A stretch of 63,762 bases of DNA, filler included, from Octopus bimaculoides (taxonomy: Eukaryota), in the NCBI RefSeq assembly GCF_001194135.2. It is 4 parts of 3 records of this genome, joined end to end, with 100 filler letters (N's around TTAATTAATTAA, not from the genome) between each part and the next. Parts side by side here need not be neighbours in the genome. Positions count along the whole stretch, not along the records: positions 1 to 29,282 come from NC_068985.1; positions 29,383 to 53,400 come from NC_068985.1; 2 more parts are not named here. One strand, given 5' to 3'. Both the position numbers and the translations under genes were made by a program. This document shows, in pieces, positions 28,701 to 40,318 of this stretch (position 1 is the stretch's first letter; every line of letters starts with the position of its first letter). The notes beneath the pieces were generated by a model. The model saw only the letters and a program-made list of their open reading frames with translations. It was not told the DNA's origin and made no database searches.

Positions 28701-29382
28701 CATCGTCAAATTTATAAAGCAATCAAAGCATTCTTTTCGGCGAAAAAGTATTAGTATAACATATTCTGGAACTAGTGTGACAAGCAGTAATTGCGGTACG
28801 CTCTAACGATTGTCGATTTGTATTTTTGCATTTATTTTCATGAGACATTGATGTAATAATTTTGTGTCATTTTGTGGCTTATGATTTTAGAGCAAATAGC
28901 AATGATTAGTAATTTGGACATATGTTCTATTGATATTTATAGTATGTGGGTGCATTATAGATCTGATGATTGAAGAAAAGGAAAGCCATTCAGCGTTTTT
29001 GCTAATCATGAATTGCATGATTACATTTTTTCTAGTTTGCAAATATTTTAAAAAGTGAATATGCTTTCGCTCTACCTAGAGTTTTGTTGCAGCATCAAAA
29101 ATGAAAAAGAAAGAGATATACAGATAACATTCATTTTATTCGGTATCTCAGCTGCTGTGTTAATTGGATAGGATTCTTTATGTATGTACGTATACATATA
29201 CATTGGCAGAAAAACATACGCACACATACAAGCGCGAGAACACACATTTATAGACACACATACACAGTTATATATATATATANNNNNNNNNNNNNNNNNN
29301 NNNNNNNNNNNNNNNNNNNNNNNNNNTTAATTAATTAANNNNNNNNNNNNNNNNNNNNNNNNNNNNNNNNNNNNNNNNNNNN

Positions 29383-29401
29383 AGCCCGTCGTATATATGT
29401 A

Positions 29402-29440
<39 letters not shown>

Positions 29441-29650
29441 TTGTGTGTCTGTGTTTGTCCTCCCACCATCGCTTGACAACCGATGCTGGTGTGTTTACGT
29501 ACCCGTAACTTAGCGGTTCAGCAAAAAGAGACCGATAGAATAAGTACTAGGCTTACAAACAATAAGTCCTGGGGTCGATTTTCTCGACTAAAGGCGGTGC
29601 TCCAGCATGGCCGCAGTCAAATGACTGAAACAAGTAAAAGAGTAAGAGTA
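29383..29650 (+). mobile_element. SINE family A, 3' part
   Basis: CATCGCTTGACAACCGATGCTGGTGTGTTTACG...GGCCGCAGTCAAATGACTGAAACAAGTAAAAG. Confidence 0.85.
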
Positions 29651-30537
29651 TTTCTTCAGATTTTACGTCCTGAGTTCGAATTCCACGCGACGTCGACTTA
29701 GCCTTGCATCATTTCGGAGTCGATAAAATAAAGTACCAGTCGATGTAACATCACTTTATGTTGAAAAGCTTATTAATTAATTAATTCAAAATTGATCCAT
29801 CTGTTTTCATTGATCCGTCTGTTCTACGTTTAACATTTGAATGGAGGTGAGCCGCTTTGATATTTATTTTCTCTTTCAGCTAGAAAGGAAAGAAATACTC
29901 GAGACTCTTTACAGGGCCTCCGAAACAGGTGATGGGTGAAGGAAGAAATGCATCTTCAAACAAGAAACTTGTCCCCTAACGCTTGAAGGAGAGTAGAGGC
30001 CCCTCATCACTATGAGCACCTAAGGTGCCAGATGATGGTGTTAAACAGAGCGATGATTTACGCTTCATTAAGGAATGGGAAAAGATAAATGGCTTAACTA
30101 TTGTATTTTTAAAAACGGAGAGGGCTTTTGTATATCCTCAAGGGAGCAGTTGGAAGAAACTTTGACCGACGCACTCCAGCGTATGGATATAGGCGCCTAT
30201 TCCGAGATGCACCCCAGCGTAGGGTATGTGTGCCTAGTCTTGAAGGTGAGACGCCTGTTGGAACTGATACGCTATACATCTGTCCACAGCTTGGTGTTAC
30301 ACAAGGGTCAGCGACAGAACAAGTATTACGACAGGGATTCTTAGCGCATCGTCACCTCTGTAACACAGTATGAGCAGGTGGTGGGTGCCGAAGCAGCGCA
30401 TAACGAAATATGGTTGTGTGGGATCTGCATGGACATGAACGTCCTGATGACTTTCGAAGACTACAAGGCATAGGAAGAAAAGCTACGAGTCTGGTGGTAA
30501 GGGGTAGAAAGTCCGTTTGCTATATTCGTCAGATATT

Positions 30538-30540
<3 letters not shown>

Positions 30541-30572
<32 letters not shown>

Positions 30573-30800
30573 ATGTGTGTGTGTGTGTGTTTGTGTGTCT
30601 GTGTTCGCCCACCCCATCGCTTGACAGCCGATGTTGGCGCGTTTACGTCCCCATAACTTAGCGGTTCGGTAAAAGAGACCGATAGAATGAGTACTAGGCT
30701 TACAAAGAATAAGTCCTGGGGTCGATTTGTTCGACTAAAGGCTGTGCTCTGTCATGGCCGCAGTCAAAATGACCAAAACAAGACAATGAGTAAAAGAGTA
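30541..30800 (+). mobile_element. SINE family A, 3' part
   Basis: Same tail as 29383 and 38818 following a (TG)n tract. Confidence 0.85.
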
Positions 30801-32844
30801 GATTTGTATTTACTTCCATTTAACTAAATTATTACGTCTATTATTATTTTTCTGATATTCATCTCTTAACATACATTTAACAATTAATTTCTACGACTAA
30901 CCTTTATATTCTAACATCAAACTTGTGTCTTTTAACCCTTACATAGACGTTTAATAAAGCCATTCCTATATTCAATTTTAAGCACATATACTACAAGTCT
31001 CGGCGATTTTCTCCCCCAAAAAACAAAAAACCCAAAGTTATCTCCCTTCTCATATATATGTATTATTTTAGGGTTTTCTTGTATTCATTTGCAAGCGTAA
31101 CTGTTTGGTATCTTCATATTTCAGAAACAGTTTTAACATCCAGTCGTCTGCTTGATGCAGGTCGGCAGAAAGTCCCATAGTTGCAAATTTCAAAGAGAGT
31201 TGGAATTGCATTAACTCCCAACTGCCTTCTTTTCTCAGGAGGTATATTAGGTCTGTGTCTGCTATAGGGTGATGCATTCGAGGCATTATTACCAACTTTC
31301 GTATTTTGATATCAACTTTGTTGATCTCAGAGAGGGACTAATTTATAATACCGAAGCTGTATGTGATTGCACGCATGACCAATGTATTTATAGGCTCAAT
31401 TTTGTTTCTGGCATTCAGCTGCACTTCTTCCTTATCTTTTCTATCATTGGTTCTCTTTCACCCACTTCTAGATATTTGTAATTTCCCCAAGATTTTAATT
31501 CTTTTATCTCGGTGTCTCTATTTAGAATTATGTTACATGTGTTTGATAGTTTCACACTGGTAAATGTAGCCTTGGCACATTTGTCAAACCCTAATTCCAT
31601 TTTGTTACTATCATTACTAAATTGCTTGACTGTGTGCTGGAGCGCTTGCAGTTGTTGGTAATTTTTTGCGAACAGTTTCAAGGCATCCATAAAGAGGAGA
31701 TGATTAATTGTTCTTCCATACATCCTGTATCCGAAAGTTGTTTCATTCAGGAGTTTTCTTAGAGGGAACAGTGCTAAGCAGAATAACAAAGGAGATTATG
31801 AGTCTCCTTGGAAAATTCCACAATTAATATTGAGTTGTCCAGTATTTATATTTGTGCTGCCTGTATTAAGAATTAGTCTCGTTCTCCAGAGCTTCGTAGT
31901 ATGTGGTACAAAATTCCTGATTACTGGTGAGAATTTGAATATCTCCAAGCATTCCCTTATCCAGATGTAAGGAAAACTATCAAAGCTCCCCTCTCCAGGC
32001 CACTGAGTGATGTTCTTCCGCTAGTGACAATCTTTTAAAATCATTTTGTTAATTAACAATTAATACCCGCATTCATGAGGCCCACGTTTATATCCTTTTT
32101 ATAATAATAATGAAACTATTGTGTATAGTGCTCAGGTACATTACAACTCATTAAAGGCGCATGTACAGTACATAGAATTATGTACTAAAGTCAGGAAAGT
32201 GAACAGTGTATGAGTCATGTTATACATGTATGCATACGTATGGAGGGCAGGATATCAGGTGTAGTGTGGGTGGATTTCAGGAAGCTTGGAAGTTTTAAAG
32301 GATGCAATATCATCGGGGAAGATATTGTTGTTGATGAGAAAAGCATATATGCATTCCGTTAGAAGAAATGTAAGGATTTTGTACATTGTTTTAAGGCATG
32401 TTATAGGTTTGTAATTTTCAGGGTTTGTTTCATTATTTTTCGAGAGCCAAAAAAAGATATCATTGGCCAACCATTCTGGGGTCGTCTGTGGCTCCTTCAT
32501 AATTGCGTTGTAACAAGAAGTTAGTTTCTTGTGTGAGTTTGTAAACACATTGAGCCAATAGTTTGGGATCTTAGCCATACCAGTTGACTTCAATTTACTG
32601 AACTTTTATAATATCAGTCTGGTATCTTCTAACCTCATTTGTCCCATATTTGCCCCTCTATAGGCTCAGTCTCCTTTTTTTTTTTGTCTATTAATCCATG
32701 GGGCATCACAGTTGTGATAGTTTTCCTTTGTCCAAATTATCCTCCAGAACCTAGAATTTCGTGCTCTGAAGGGACATCTCGTATTTTGATGGTGTTCTTT
32801 CTAATATGACTATAGAGCCTCTTTGGATTATTTTAAATCTTGCT

Positions 32845-33163
32845 CTGTTGTGTCTGGGGAGAGTTATTCTCTTTTGGTGCTTTATTATTTAACACACTCA
32901 CCGGTAAAATTTCCACTTATTCCTTATTTCTATTTTTCTAAAATTTTCGTTGCGTCTTGCAACCATTTCAATAGTTATTGAAAAGGTTGCAAGACGCAAC
33001 GAAACTTTTAGAGAAAATAAATAAGTAAATGAGTGGAAATTTTACCGGTGTGTGTTAAATAATAAAGTACTAAAAGAGTACGACTCTCCCCAGACACAAC
33101 AGAATATGATTCAACACACGAACTCACATAAAGAATCTTTCAAAGCAAATCCAAAACCGAAAT
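32845..33163. mobile_element. Short fold-back element, probably Penelope-like, with arms of about 128 bp
   Basis: 32845-32973 is the reverse complement of 32976-33102 with a 2-nt centre. The same family recurs at 56820-57010 and 58978-59180 and shares the 3' end CAAATCCAAAAYCGAAAT with the latter. Confidence 0.75.
32975..33011 (+). ncRNA. Candidate variant minimal hammerhead ribozyme (mirror copy at 32938-32974 on the minus strand)
   Basis: TTA-TTGAAAA-G-GTTGC-AAGAC-GCAAC-GAA-ACTT-T-TAG. The mirror copy reads CTA-TTGAAAT-G-GTTGC-AAGAC-GCAAC-GAA-AATT-T-TAG. AATAAA follows shortly downstream. Confidence 0.5.
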
Positions 33164-33544
33164 TAAATCATGCTATCTTTTAAGAACATGGATCGTTTTT
33201 CAAGGTGGAAAATACGCGCGGCTTTGACCTGCAGTTATTGCATTAACTTCTCCGCTACTTCAACAAACTGGTGTTCTGACTTCAATTCATATTTTCGCAT
33301 TATCTTTCTCCCCTTTGATGGTTTTACATTATGATCGTTGCTTTAAGTTCTTCAATGATTCTATATCATATCGGGGAACATTGATTTGGTTTCTTGATTA
33401 TTTTTGCCACGTTCGTCCTTTATAAGGAATTGTTACTTTTTCTTGTTATACGCCATTCATTTTGATGCAGATTGTAGCAGTAGCATAGAGTAAGGATGTG
33501 ATGTTTAATTAGTTTTCGTTTATGATGGATTTAAGGACCATAGT

Positions 33545-33882
33545 TATTATTATTATTATTCAGTAGTTTTATTTTTATAACGTGCTTTCACTTCACTACC
33601 GAGCGCAGCTTTGTGTGCCATGGGTATGTGCTGTGGTTTGCTGTGATGCTCTTATGGTTACTGTATTGAAAGTGTTTTGCGTAGCATGTGTGCAGTGCCC
33701 AGTAGTGCTATTTTCTGTATGTTATATATATTTGTAAGTCCTGGTGTTTTCGTTATGTATTTGTCTGAATATTTTTTTATTATACCTAAGGCACCTACTA
33801 TGATAGGAATTGTTTCTGTTTTTAGATTCCACATTCGAGTTACCTCTATTTCCAGGTCTTTGTATTTTGAAAGTTTTTCCAT
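33545..33882 (-). mobile_element. RLE LINE 3' end
   Basis: MEKLSKYKDLEIEVTRMWNLKTETIPIIVGALG...IQKIALLGTAHMLRKTLSIQ*; the 3' UTR ends AATAAAACTACTG directly into (AAT)n. Confidence 0.9.
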
Positions 33883-34049
33883 NNNNNNNNNNNNNNNNNN
33901 NNNNNNNNNNNNNNNNNNNNNNNNNNNNNNNNNNNNNNNNNNNNNNNNNNNNNNNNNNNNNNNNNNNNNNNNNNNNNNNNNNNNNNNNNNNNNNNNNNNN
34001 NNNNNTATTATTATTATTATTATTATTATTACTATTATTATTATTATTA

Positions 34050-34476
34050 TTATTATTTTATGTTTGACTTTTGTTTTGCATTTGTACAAGTTGGATCCAA
34101 GTCTCACCCAGAGACCTCAAGAGAAACAAGTTAGAAGTTCATGTAGGTGTTATGCCTAGAGTACCATATATTTGGATTTGTACAGTTTTGTTCAAGTGAA
34201 TGTTTAAGAAACCATAAGAAAATTATGTGTTTGCTTTAAAATTTGAGATCACATAGACAGTATTTAACGTAGGATATGGGCAGTTCCCATGAGCACTATC
34301 TTTTGAACTTCAGCCATTTTGGGGTTTCCTGGAATCTGATCTAGGTAGTAATCAGTGGGGTTTCCTGGAATCTGATCTAGGTAGTAATCAGGTCTGATCT
34401 AGGTAGTAATCAGTCTGATCTAGGTAGTAATCAGATCTGATCTAGGTAGTAATCAGTTAGATATAGGTAGTAATCA

Positions 34477-34477
<1 letters not shown>
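34050..34477 (-). mobile_element. RLE LINE 3' end with stuttered 5' junction
   Basis: Matches the 3' ORF end and UTR of the 25000-25720 copy. TAGGTAGTAATCAG occurs six times at 34342-34477. Both sides are flanked by (TTA)n. Confidence 0.85.
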
Positions 34478-34557
<80 letters not shown>

Positions 34558-34560
<3 letters not shown>

Positions 34561-35545
34561 TAGTTTTATTCTTATAGCGTGATTTCACTTCACCATCATT
34601 TTTTATAGTCAGGCTATTTTGTTCTTAAAAGGGTTGTATCTATCTATCTTTTCGCCATCTTTCTTGACTATTCATGGGTCAAAGGGGCACGCAACGTCAA
34701 CTATGTAGCATATGTGGTGCACCTTGTCCACCACTACTAGGTCCGGTTCGTTATGCTCTAGCACCTGATCTGTTTGGATTAGGAAATACCAGAGGATTTT
34801 GCTAGTCTCCGACTCCGCCACTCTCTGCGGTTTGTGCTCATTCTACGTCTTGCTTCTCTCTAGTCCCCACTTTTCGCGCAGTTTCCAATGTAGCACTTTC
34901 GCTACCTGGTCCTGTCGCCACAAATTGTAGTGGTTTTGGGCGAGTCTAAGGTATTCGTTCGTGATTTGGGTAATGGTTACATCCACTCTATTGCAGATGC
35001 GGCATAGCGAAGACACTTGCTCATTCCACAGGTTGACCCTCCCGTTCGTGGCCAAAGCTTGATCCTGCACTGCCAGTATAGTGCTCTCGATCTCTTTTTT
35101 TAGGGTTCCTTTCATCAGTCAATCCCTCCTATTTTTTTCCAGCAACTTCTGTTGTAGCTACATGGAATTGATTGTGTAGTCCCTTCTTGTGTAAAACGTC
35201 TTCATGTCCTTTTTGTACTTCACTTTTCGTTTTACCTTTATTTTTCTCTGCTCTCAGTACTTCTTTGTTCCTAACTGTCACTAGCAAGGTTTCCTTACTT
35301 TGAGCTAGGTATCTCATTAAGCTCTCGAGTTCGATACGCACGCAGTCTTCCACACTTATCAGTCCCCTTTCTCCATTTGATCCCTTCATACATAGGCGAT
35401 CAGTGTCTGCACGTGGATGATGGGCTCCATGCATCGTTAGGAGCTTTCTCGACTTCCTGTCAATCTTCTTTAGCTCTTTCTCTGTCCACTTCAGGATTCC
35501 AGCGCCATACCGAACTACTGCGACTGCGAGAGTTTATTGCCGATT
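34558..35545 (-). mobile_element. RLE LINE fragment (post-RT region, decayed Zn knuckle, endonuclease)
   Basis: ORF 35129 HHPRADTDRL...RGLISVEDC; ORF 34843 QDQAL...CRICN...RQDQVAKVLHW. It has the same AATAAAACTACTG-(AAT)n end as the 33545 copy. Confidence 0.9.
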
Positions 35546-35657
35546 ATTATTATTATTATTATTGTTATTATTTTTAAGGCGGCAACTTAACCCCTTCTCT
35601 AAAATTGCTGGCCTTGTGCCAGAATTTGAAAGCAACGTTATCATCATCATAATCATA

Positions 35658-36045
35658 ACCACCACCACCGCCGCCACCGCCGCCTCGGCCGCCTCCGCCT
35701 CGGTCGCCTCCGCCTCCGCCTCGGTCGCCTCCGCCTCCGCCTCGGCNNNNNNNNNNNNNNNNNNNNNNNNNNNNNNNNNNNNNNNNNNNNNNNNNNNNNN
35801 NNNNNNNNNNNNNNNNNNNNNNNNNNNNNNNNNNNNNNNNNNNNNNNNNNNNNNNNNNNNNNNNNNNNNNNNNNNNNNNNNNNNNNNNNNNNNNNNNNNN
35901 NNNNNNNNNNNNNNNNNNNNNNNNTCGCCTCCGCCTCCGCCTCGGTCGCCTCCGCCTCCGCCTCGGTCGCCTCCGCCTCCGCCTCGGTCGCCTCCGCCTC
36001 CGCCTCGGCCGCCTCCGCCTCGGCCGCCGCCGCCACCACCACCAC
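35658..36045. repeat. GC-rich 21-bp minisatellite (CGCCTCCGCCTCCGCCTCGGT)n spanning a gap
   Basis: Units are visible on both sides of the N run and grade into CCG/CCA triplets at both edges. Confidence 0.9.
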
Positions 36046-36614
36046 GACATGCTTTACTCGTTCATTCTCTCTTTCTAGTTTATATGTTAGGCCTGTTTTA
36101 TTTTGTTGTATGAGTGTGACTCGTTTTGCTGTGTTTCTGGTTTCCCTCTACTGTTTCACTGGCGTAGAACACAGGCAACAAGTGATGCGTACTATTTTGT
36201 TGGAAGGTCATTGACCTTCGTATTGGTTGTGAGGTTTGTGACAAGTGTTACGATCTCCGGGGATGATTTTCATAGCTGGATCTAATCTAACGTTCTCAGT
36301 TTTAGTCTATTTGTCTCTGTAGTGTAGTAGCTTTAGCACATTACCAATCGTGGGAAACTCTCTGGACGGCACGCCTCACGAAAAATTACCTTCAGTCCTT
36401 TTAGCAACGCCGCCCGCCTGATCATGAGCTATGTCTCATGCGGTCCGAAAATGTTTTCGAAATTGGGATAGAAAAATTATGTTGTACCTTCTCGAAATTA
36501 AGATTGAAAATTAAATTATGTTGTACATCGTGAAGAAAGAATGTTGTCGGCTGTTAGAAGAGTCCAACAAGTTACTGGAACAATAGAAGAATTCGAGAAC
36601 AGATGGAAAGAAAG

Positions 36615-37260
36615 TGGGTGTGTGGTAAGTAGCTTGCTTACCAACCACATGTTTCCGGGTTCAGTCCCGCTACGTGTCACCTTGGGNNNNNNNNNNNNNN
36701 NNNNNNNNNNNNNNNNNNNNNNNNNNNNNNNNNNNNNNNNNNNNNNNNNNNNNNNNNNNNNNNNNNNNNNNNNNNNNNNNNNNNNNNNNNNNNNNNNNNN
36801 NNNNNNNNNNNNNNNNNNNNNNNNNNNNNNNNNNNNNNNNNNNNNNNNNNNNNNNNNNNNNNNNNNNNNNNNNNNNNNNNNNNNNNNNNNNNNNNNNNNN
36901 NNNNNNNNNNNNNNNNNNNNNNNNNNNNNNNNNNNNNNNNNNNNNNNNNNNNNNNNNNNNNNNNNNNNNNNNNNNNNNNNNNNNNNNNNNNNNNNNNNNN
37001 NNNNNNNNNNNNNNNNNNNNNNNNNNNNNNNNNNTGTGTGTGTGTGTGTGTCTGTGTTTGTCCCCACAACATCGCTTGACAACCGATGCTGGTGTGTTTA
37101 CGTCCCCGTAACTTAGCGGTTCGGCAAAAAGGGACCGATGAAATAAATATCAGGCTTACAAAGAATAAGTCCTCGGGTCGATTTGCTCGACTAAAGGCGG
37201 TGCTCCAGCGTGGCCGCAGTCAAATGACTACAAGTAAAAGAGTAAAAGAGTAAAGAGTAT
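36615..37260 (+). mobile_element. SINE family A spanning a gap
   Basis: Head GTGTGGTAAGTAGCTTGCTTACCAACCAC...GGGTTCAGTCCC...CACCTTGGG before the gap; family A tail after it. Confidence 0.85.
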
Positions 37261-37824
37261 ATGGACAATTCATGCAACAAACTGAGGATGTTGAAAATAA
37301 AAAAATCCTGGTTGTGACTGGCGGAAACCTGAAACAAGAAACTGAAGCTTTTCAAGACAGTTGTCTGAATCTAACTCCATACACAATTTTATAATTCAGA
37401 TGAAATCAGCAACAATTTTTAGTAGCTTTTCAAACAGGATGTTTATTGTACCTTGTATATAGTTTGAAGTCATTCATACAGAGGAGATGGTTTAGAGATG
37501 GTATTTTTAAAAAAACAAATGTGTTATTGAGGTCAGTACTTTTGTCATGGTTACAGGATTAATATTCTGTTTGCCTTGCAATAATATGGCTATTTTCCAT
37601 CTTGGCATGACATTATAACAACCCAGGAAATTGACAGAAAAAAATAGACGCAACCTGCCTAAAAAACCTTGTTTCTAGATGTAGCCTTCTATCTTCAACG
37701 TCACCGGTATCGTAGCTAGAGGGAGGCACGAAGTGTATATATGTGTGTGTGTGTATAGAGGGTAGTCTGTATCAGACGATGATTTTATGGGGCGGTGCTT
37801 TTGGGTCAGTTGTATAAGGCTGTA

Positions 37825-38041
37825 CAAGGAAGTGCTGAAAAGTTCCTGGCTTTAAGAATATCGCGAAGGGCCTGGTTGGAGGTCCAAACTTCCGAGTCCT
37901 TTTACAGGGTCTAGAAAATCTGAGAGACGGCTGCCATGAGTGTGTGAATCTGAGAGGGGAATATGTTGAATAAAATCATAATTAACTGATTCTCCTGTAT
38001 TTTCTTTTACCCAAAGCCAGGAACTTTTCGGTGCCCCCTCG
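37825..38041. mobile_element. Mariner-derived MITE, 217 bp, TA target duplication
   Basis: TA|CAAGGAAGTGCTGAAAAGTTCCTGGCTTT ... AAAGCCAGGAACTTTTCGGTGCCCCCTCG|TA. Confidence 0.85.
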
Positions 38042-38414
38042 TAAAAGTTACATTGCAAGGGTGCGGGATGGGTTGCAAATACAAGGGTTTACTTCAGATG
38101 GCACACACTCTAACTACGTCACTGAACGCCACCATAGACGACTTCGCTTTACGTCAATCCAGAGTCGAAAAATATAAATACCAGTAATGCAATGAGATTG
38201 CACTTTAGGCTAAGTGCCTCTTCCTACAAAATATGTCACCCTGTGTCATTGTTGGGAATGAGTTTTCTATGAATATTCTGGTTTCCTAGGCAAGTGGCGT
38301 TGAGAACTGTGAAGTTCTTCTTGAACCGAGCCCATAAACCGAACCATTCTGTTGTACTTCTCGCTGATATCACTGGAAAATGATAAGAACCATCACATCA
38401 CATTTTCTTAGAAA

Positions 38415-38627
38415 ATAAGCCTGCCTTCTTGCAAGGTTAGCAATTTGAAGGGGAATGTCGATTACATCGACCCCAGTGATCAACTGGTACTTATTTTATG
38501 GATCCCAAAAGGACGTAAGGCAAACATCGGCCTCGGTGGGACTTGAACTCAGAACGCCAAGACGAACGAAATATTGCTAAGCATTTTTACCGGCGTGCTC
38601 AACGATTCTGTCAGCTCGTTGCCTTAA
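38415..38627 (-). mobile_element. SINE family B
   Basis: TCGATTACATCGACCCCAGTG...ACTGGTACTTATTTTA...GAACTCAGAAC (reverse complement of family B). Confidence 0.8.
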
Positions 38628-38817
38628 TGTAAGAGAAAATATTACAAAAGTGAAAAGAAGTACTGTGATGGGGTTGTAAAATCCCTCGCAAGTCTAATCT
38701 CGTGGGTCATTTTCGAATCTCCGTCAGAAATCTTCATTTCACAGACGCTACAACTGATCTTTCGAAAGGTTTAAACATCACCACTTCTCTAATAATGATT
38801 TCAAATTTTGGCACAAA

Positions 38818-39232
38818 GCGCAAAGTGGCTGTGTGGTAAGTAGCTTGCTTACCAACCACATGGCTCCGGGTTCAGTCCCACTGCGTGGCACCTTGGGCAA
38901 GTGTCTTCTACTATAGCCTCGAGCCGACCAAAGCTTTGTGAGTGGATTTGGTAGACGGAAACTGAAAGAAGCCCGTCGTATATATGTATATATATGTATG
39001 TATGTATGTATGTGTGTGTATATGTTTGTGTGTCTGTGTTTGTCCTCCCAGCATCGCTTGACAACCGATGGTGGTGTGTTTACGTCCCCGTAACTTAGTA
39101 GTTCGGCAAAAGAGACCAATAGAATAAGTACTAGGCTTCCAAACAAGTTCTGGGGTCGATTTACTCGACTAAAAGGCGGTGCTCCAGCATGGCCGCAGTC
39201 AAATGACTGAAACAAAGTAAAAGGAGTAAAGT
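38818..39232 (+). mobile_element. SINE family A, near full length (tRNA head, CORE-like CACCTTGGGCAAG segment, internal microsatellite)
   Basis: A-box TGGCTGTGTGG, B-box GGTTCAGTCCC, GTGGCACCTTGGGCAAGTGTC, conserved tail. Resemblance to octopus OR-type CORE-SINEs is inferred from memory. Confidence 0.9.
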
Positions 39233-39234
39233 AA

Positions 39235-39428
39235 GCAATTTCGAGGGGTCGGGGCGGGTAAGTCGATTACATCAACCGTAGTATTACACTGGTGCATATT
39301 CTATCGACTCCGAAAGGAGGAATGGGAAAGTCGACCCCCAGCGGCATTTGAATTGGGAACATAAAGACAGATTAGACGCCACTGGGTATTTTGTCTGGCG
39401 TTCTAACGATTCATCTAGCTCGGCGCCT
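39235..39428 (-). mobile_element. SINE family B, diverged
   Basis: GTCGATTACATCAAC...TCGACTCCGAAAGGAGGAATGGGAAAGTCGACC. Confidence 0.7.
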
Positions 39429-40250
39429 TCACTATTTCTCTAAGAATATCATGATTCGGAGCAATGTAAGGTTGAAATGAATTCCTTACATTAGTGTTTA
39501 CAATCTGAGCTCAAATCACAATGTGGGCAGTCGATGAAATACTAGTATCGTAGTATCGATGGACTCCTTCCCCTCAAAATTACTGGTCTTGTTTCATGAA
39601 GGGCTTAAAGATTACTTAGGAACTACCACTGCACTTTACAACGTTTCTACAATCTGACTAGAAATGCGACTTACTTTTCTATTTTAAAAAAAAGAAGAAG
39701 AATATTCTATATTTTGTAAGCAATAGTACCGTTGGTTACAGGTTTCCAGTTAGCCTGTTACTGCTTCACTGGTTTTATGATGGCATCAGTGACAAAGGAT
39801 TCTGTGTATAATTCGGTGGACAAGTTAATTTTAACCAAAAGTTGTTCAGATTTCTTTCCGAAATTTGCAACTTTTGTTTTTACATATCGGCAGCCAAAAG
39901 ACGCACATACACCCAGTATGTGCTTGGGCGTAGGGACAACTGACGAAGGGGTATACTCTCTATGTTGCATGTCTCGTTTCTCTGTTTGTTTTTTTCGTTG
40001 TTCGAAAAATGTTCGTTTTCTATGTTTTCGTTTCTCATTGTGTTTAACGTTTTTTTTAATGTCCTGTACCCATATATGCATGTATGTATACATATAGATG
40101 TAGATATGTACATATATGTATGGATATATGCATATGTTTATATATTATTTATATTATTACACACACACACACGTGTACACACACACACACACACACGTGT
40201 ACACACACACACGTGTACACACACACACACACACACGTGTACACACACGT

Positions 40251-40317
<67 letters not shown>

Positions 40318-40318
<1 letters not shown>

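Larger units (their letters stand above)
31060..33530 (-). mobile_element. Decayed RLE LINE (pre-RT region and RT), interrupted by a palindromic element
   Basis: LQVKAARIFHLEKR near 33190-33240, NNPKRLYSHIRK near 32800, PENYKPITCLKTMYKILT (ORF 32255), INHLLFMDALKLF (ORF 31415), HHPIADTDLIYL (ORF 31068). Confidence 0.85.

Noticed and set aside
29327-29338. TTAATTAATTAA islands inside N runs (also 53445-53456 and 61576-61587)
   Set aside because: An identical 12-mer centred in gaps, with stops in all six frames: an assembly linker, not biology.
35562-36113. Extensin-like (RSPPPPP)n or Arg/Gly/Ala-rich ORFs
   Set aside because: These are translations of the GC minisatellite, open in several frames on both strands, with no gene context.
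38818-38900. tRNA genes at SINE heads (also 2370-2441, 47257, 49193, 57440)
   Set aside because: A and B boxes are present but there is no complete cloverleaf, and each continues into a SINE body.
39732-40097. Overlapping ORFs of 111-121 aa on both strands
   Set aside because: No recognisable domain, weak splice sites, and partly low-complexity. It could be P450 3' UTR or intergenic DNA.
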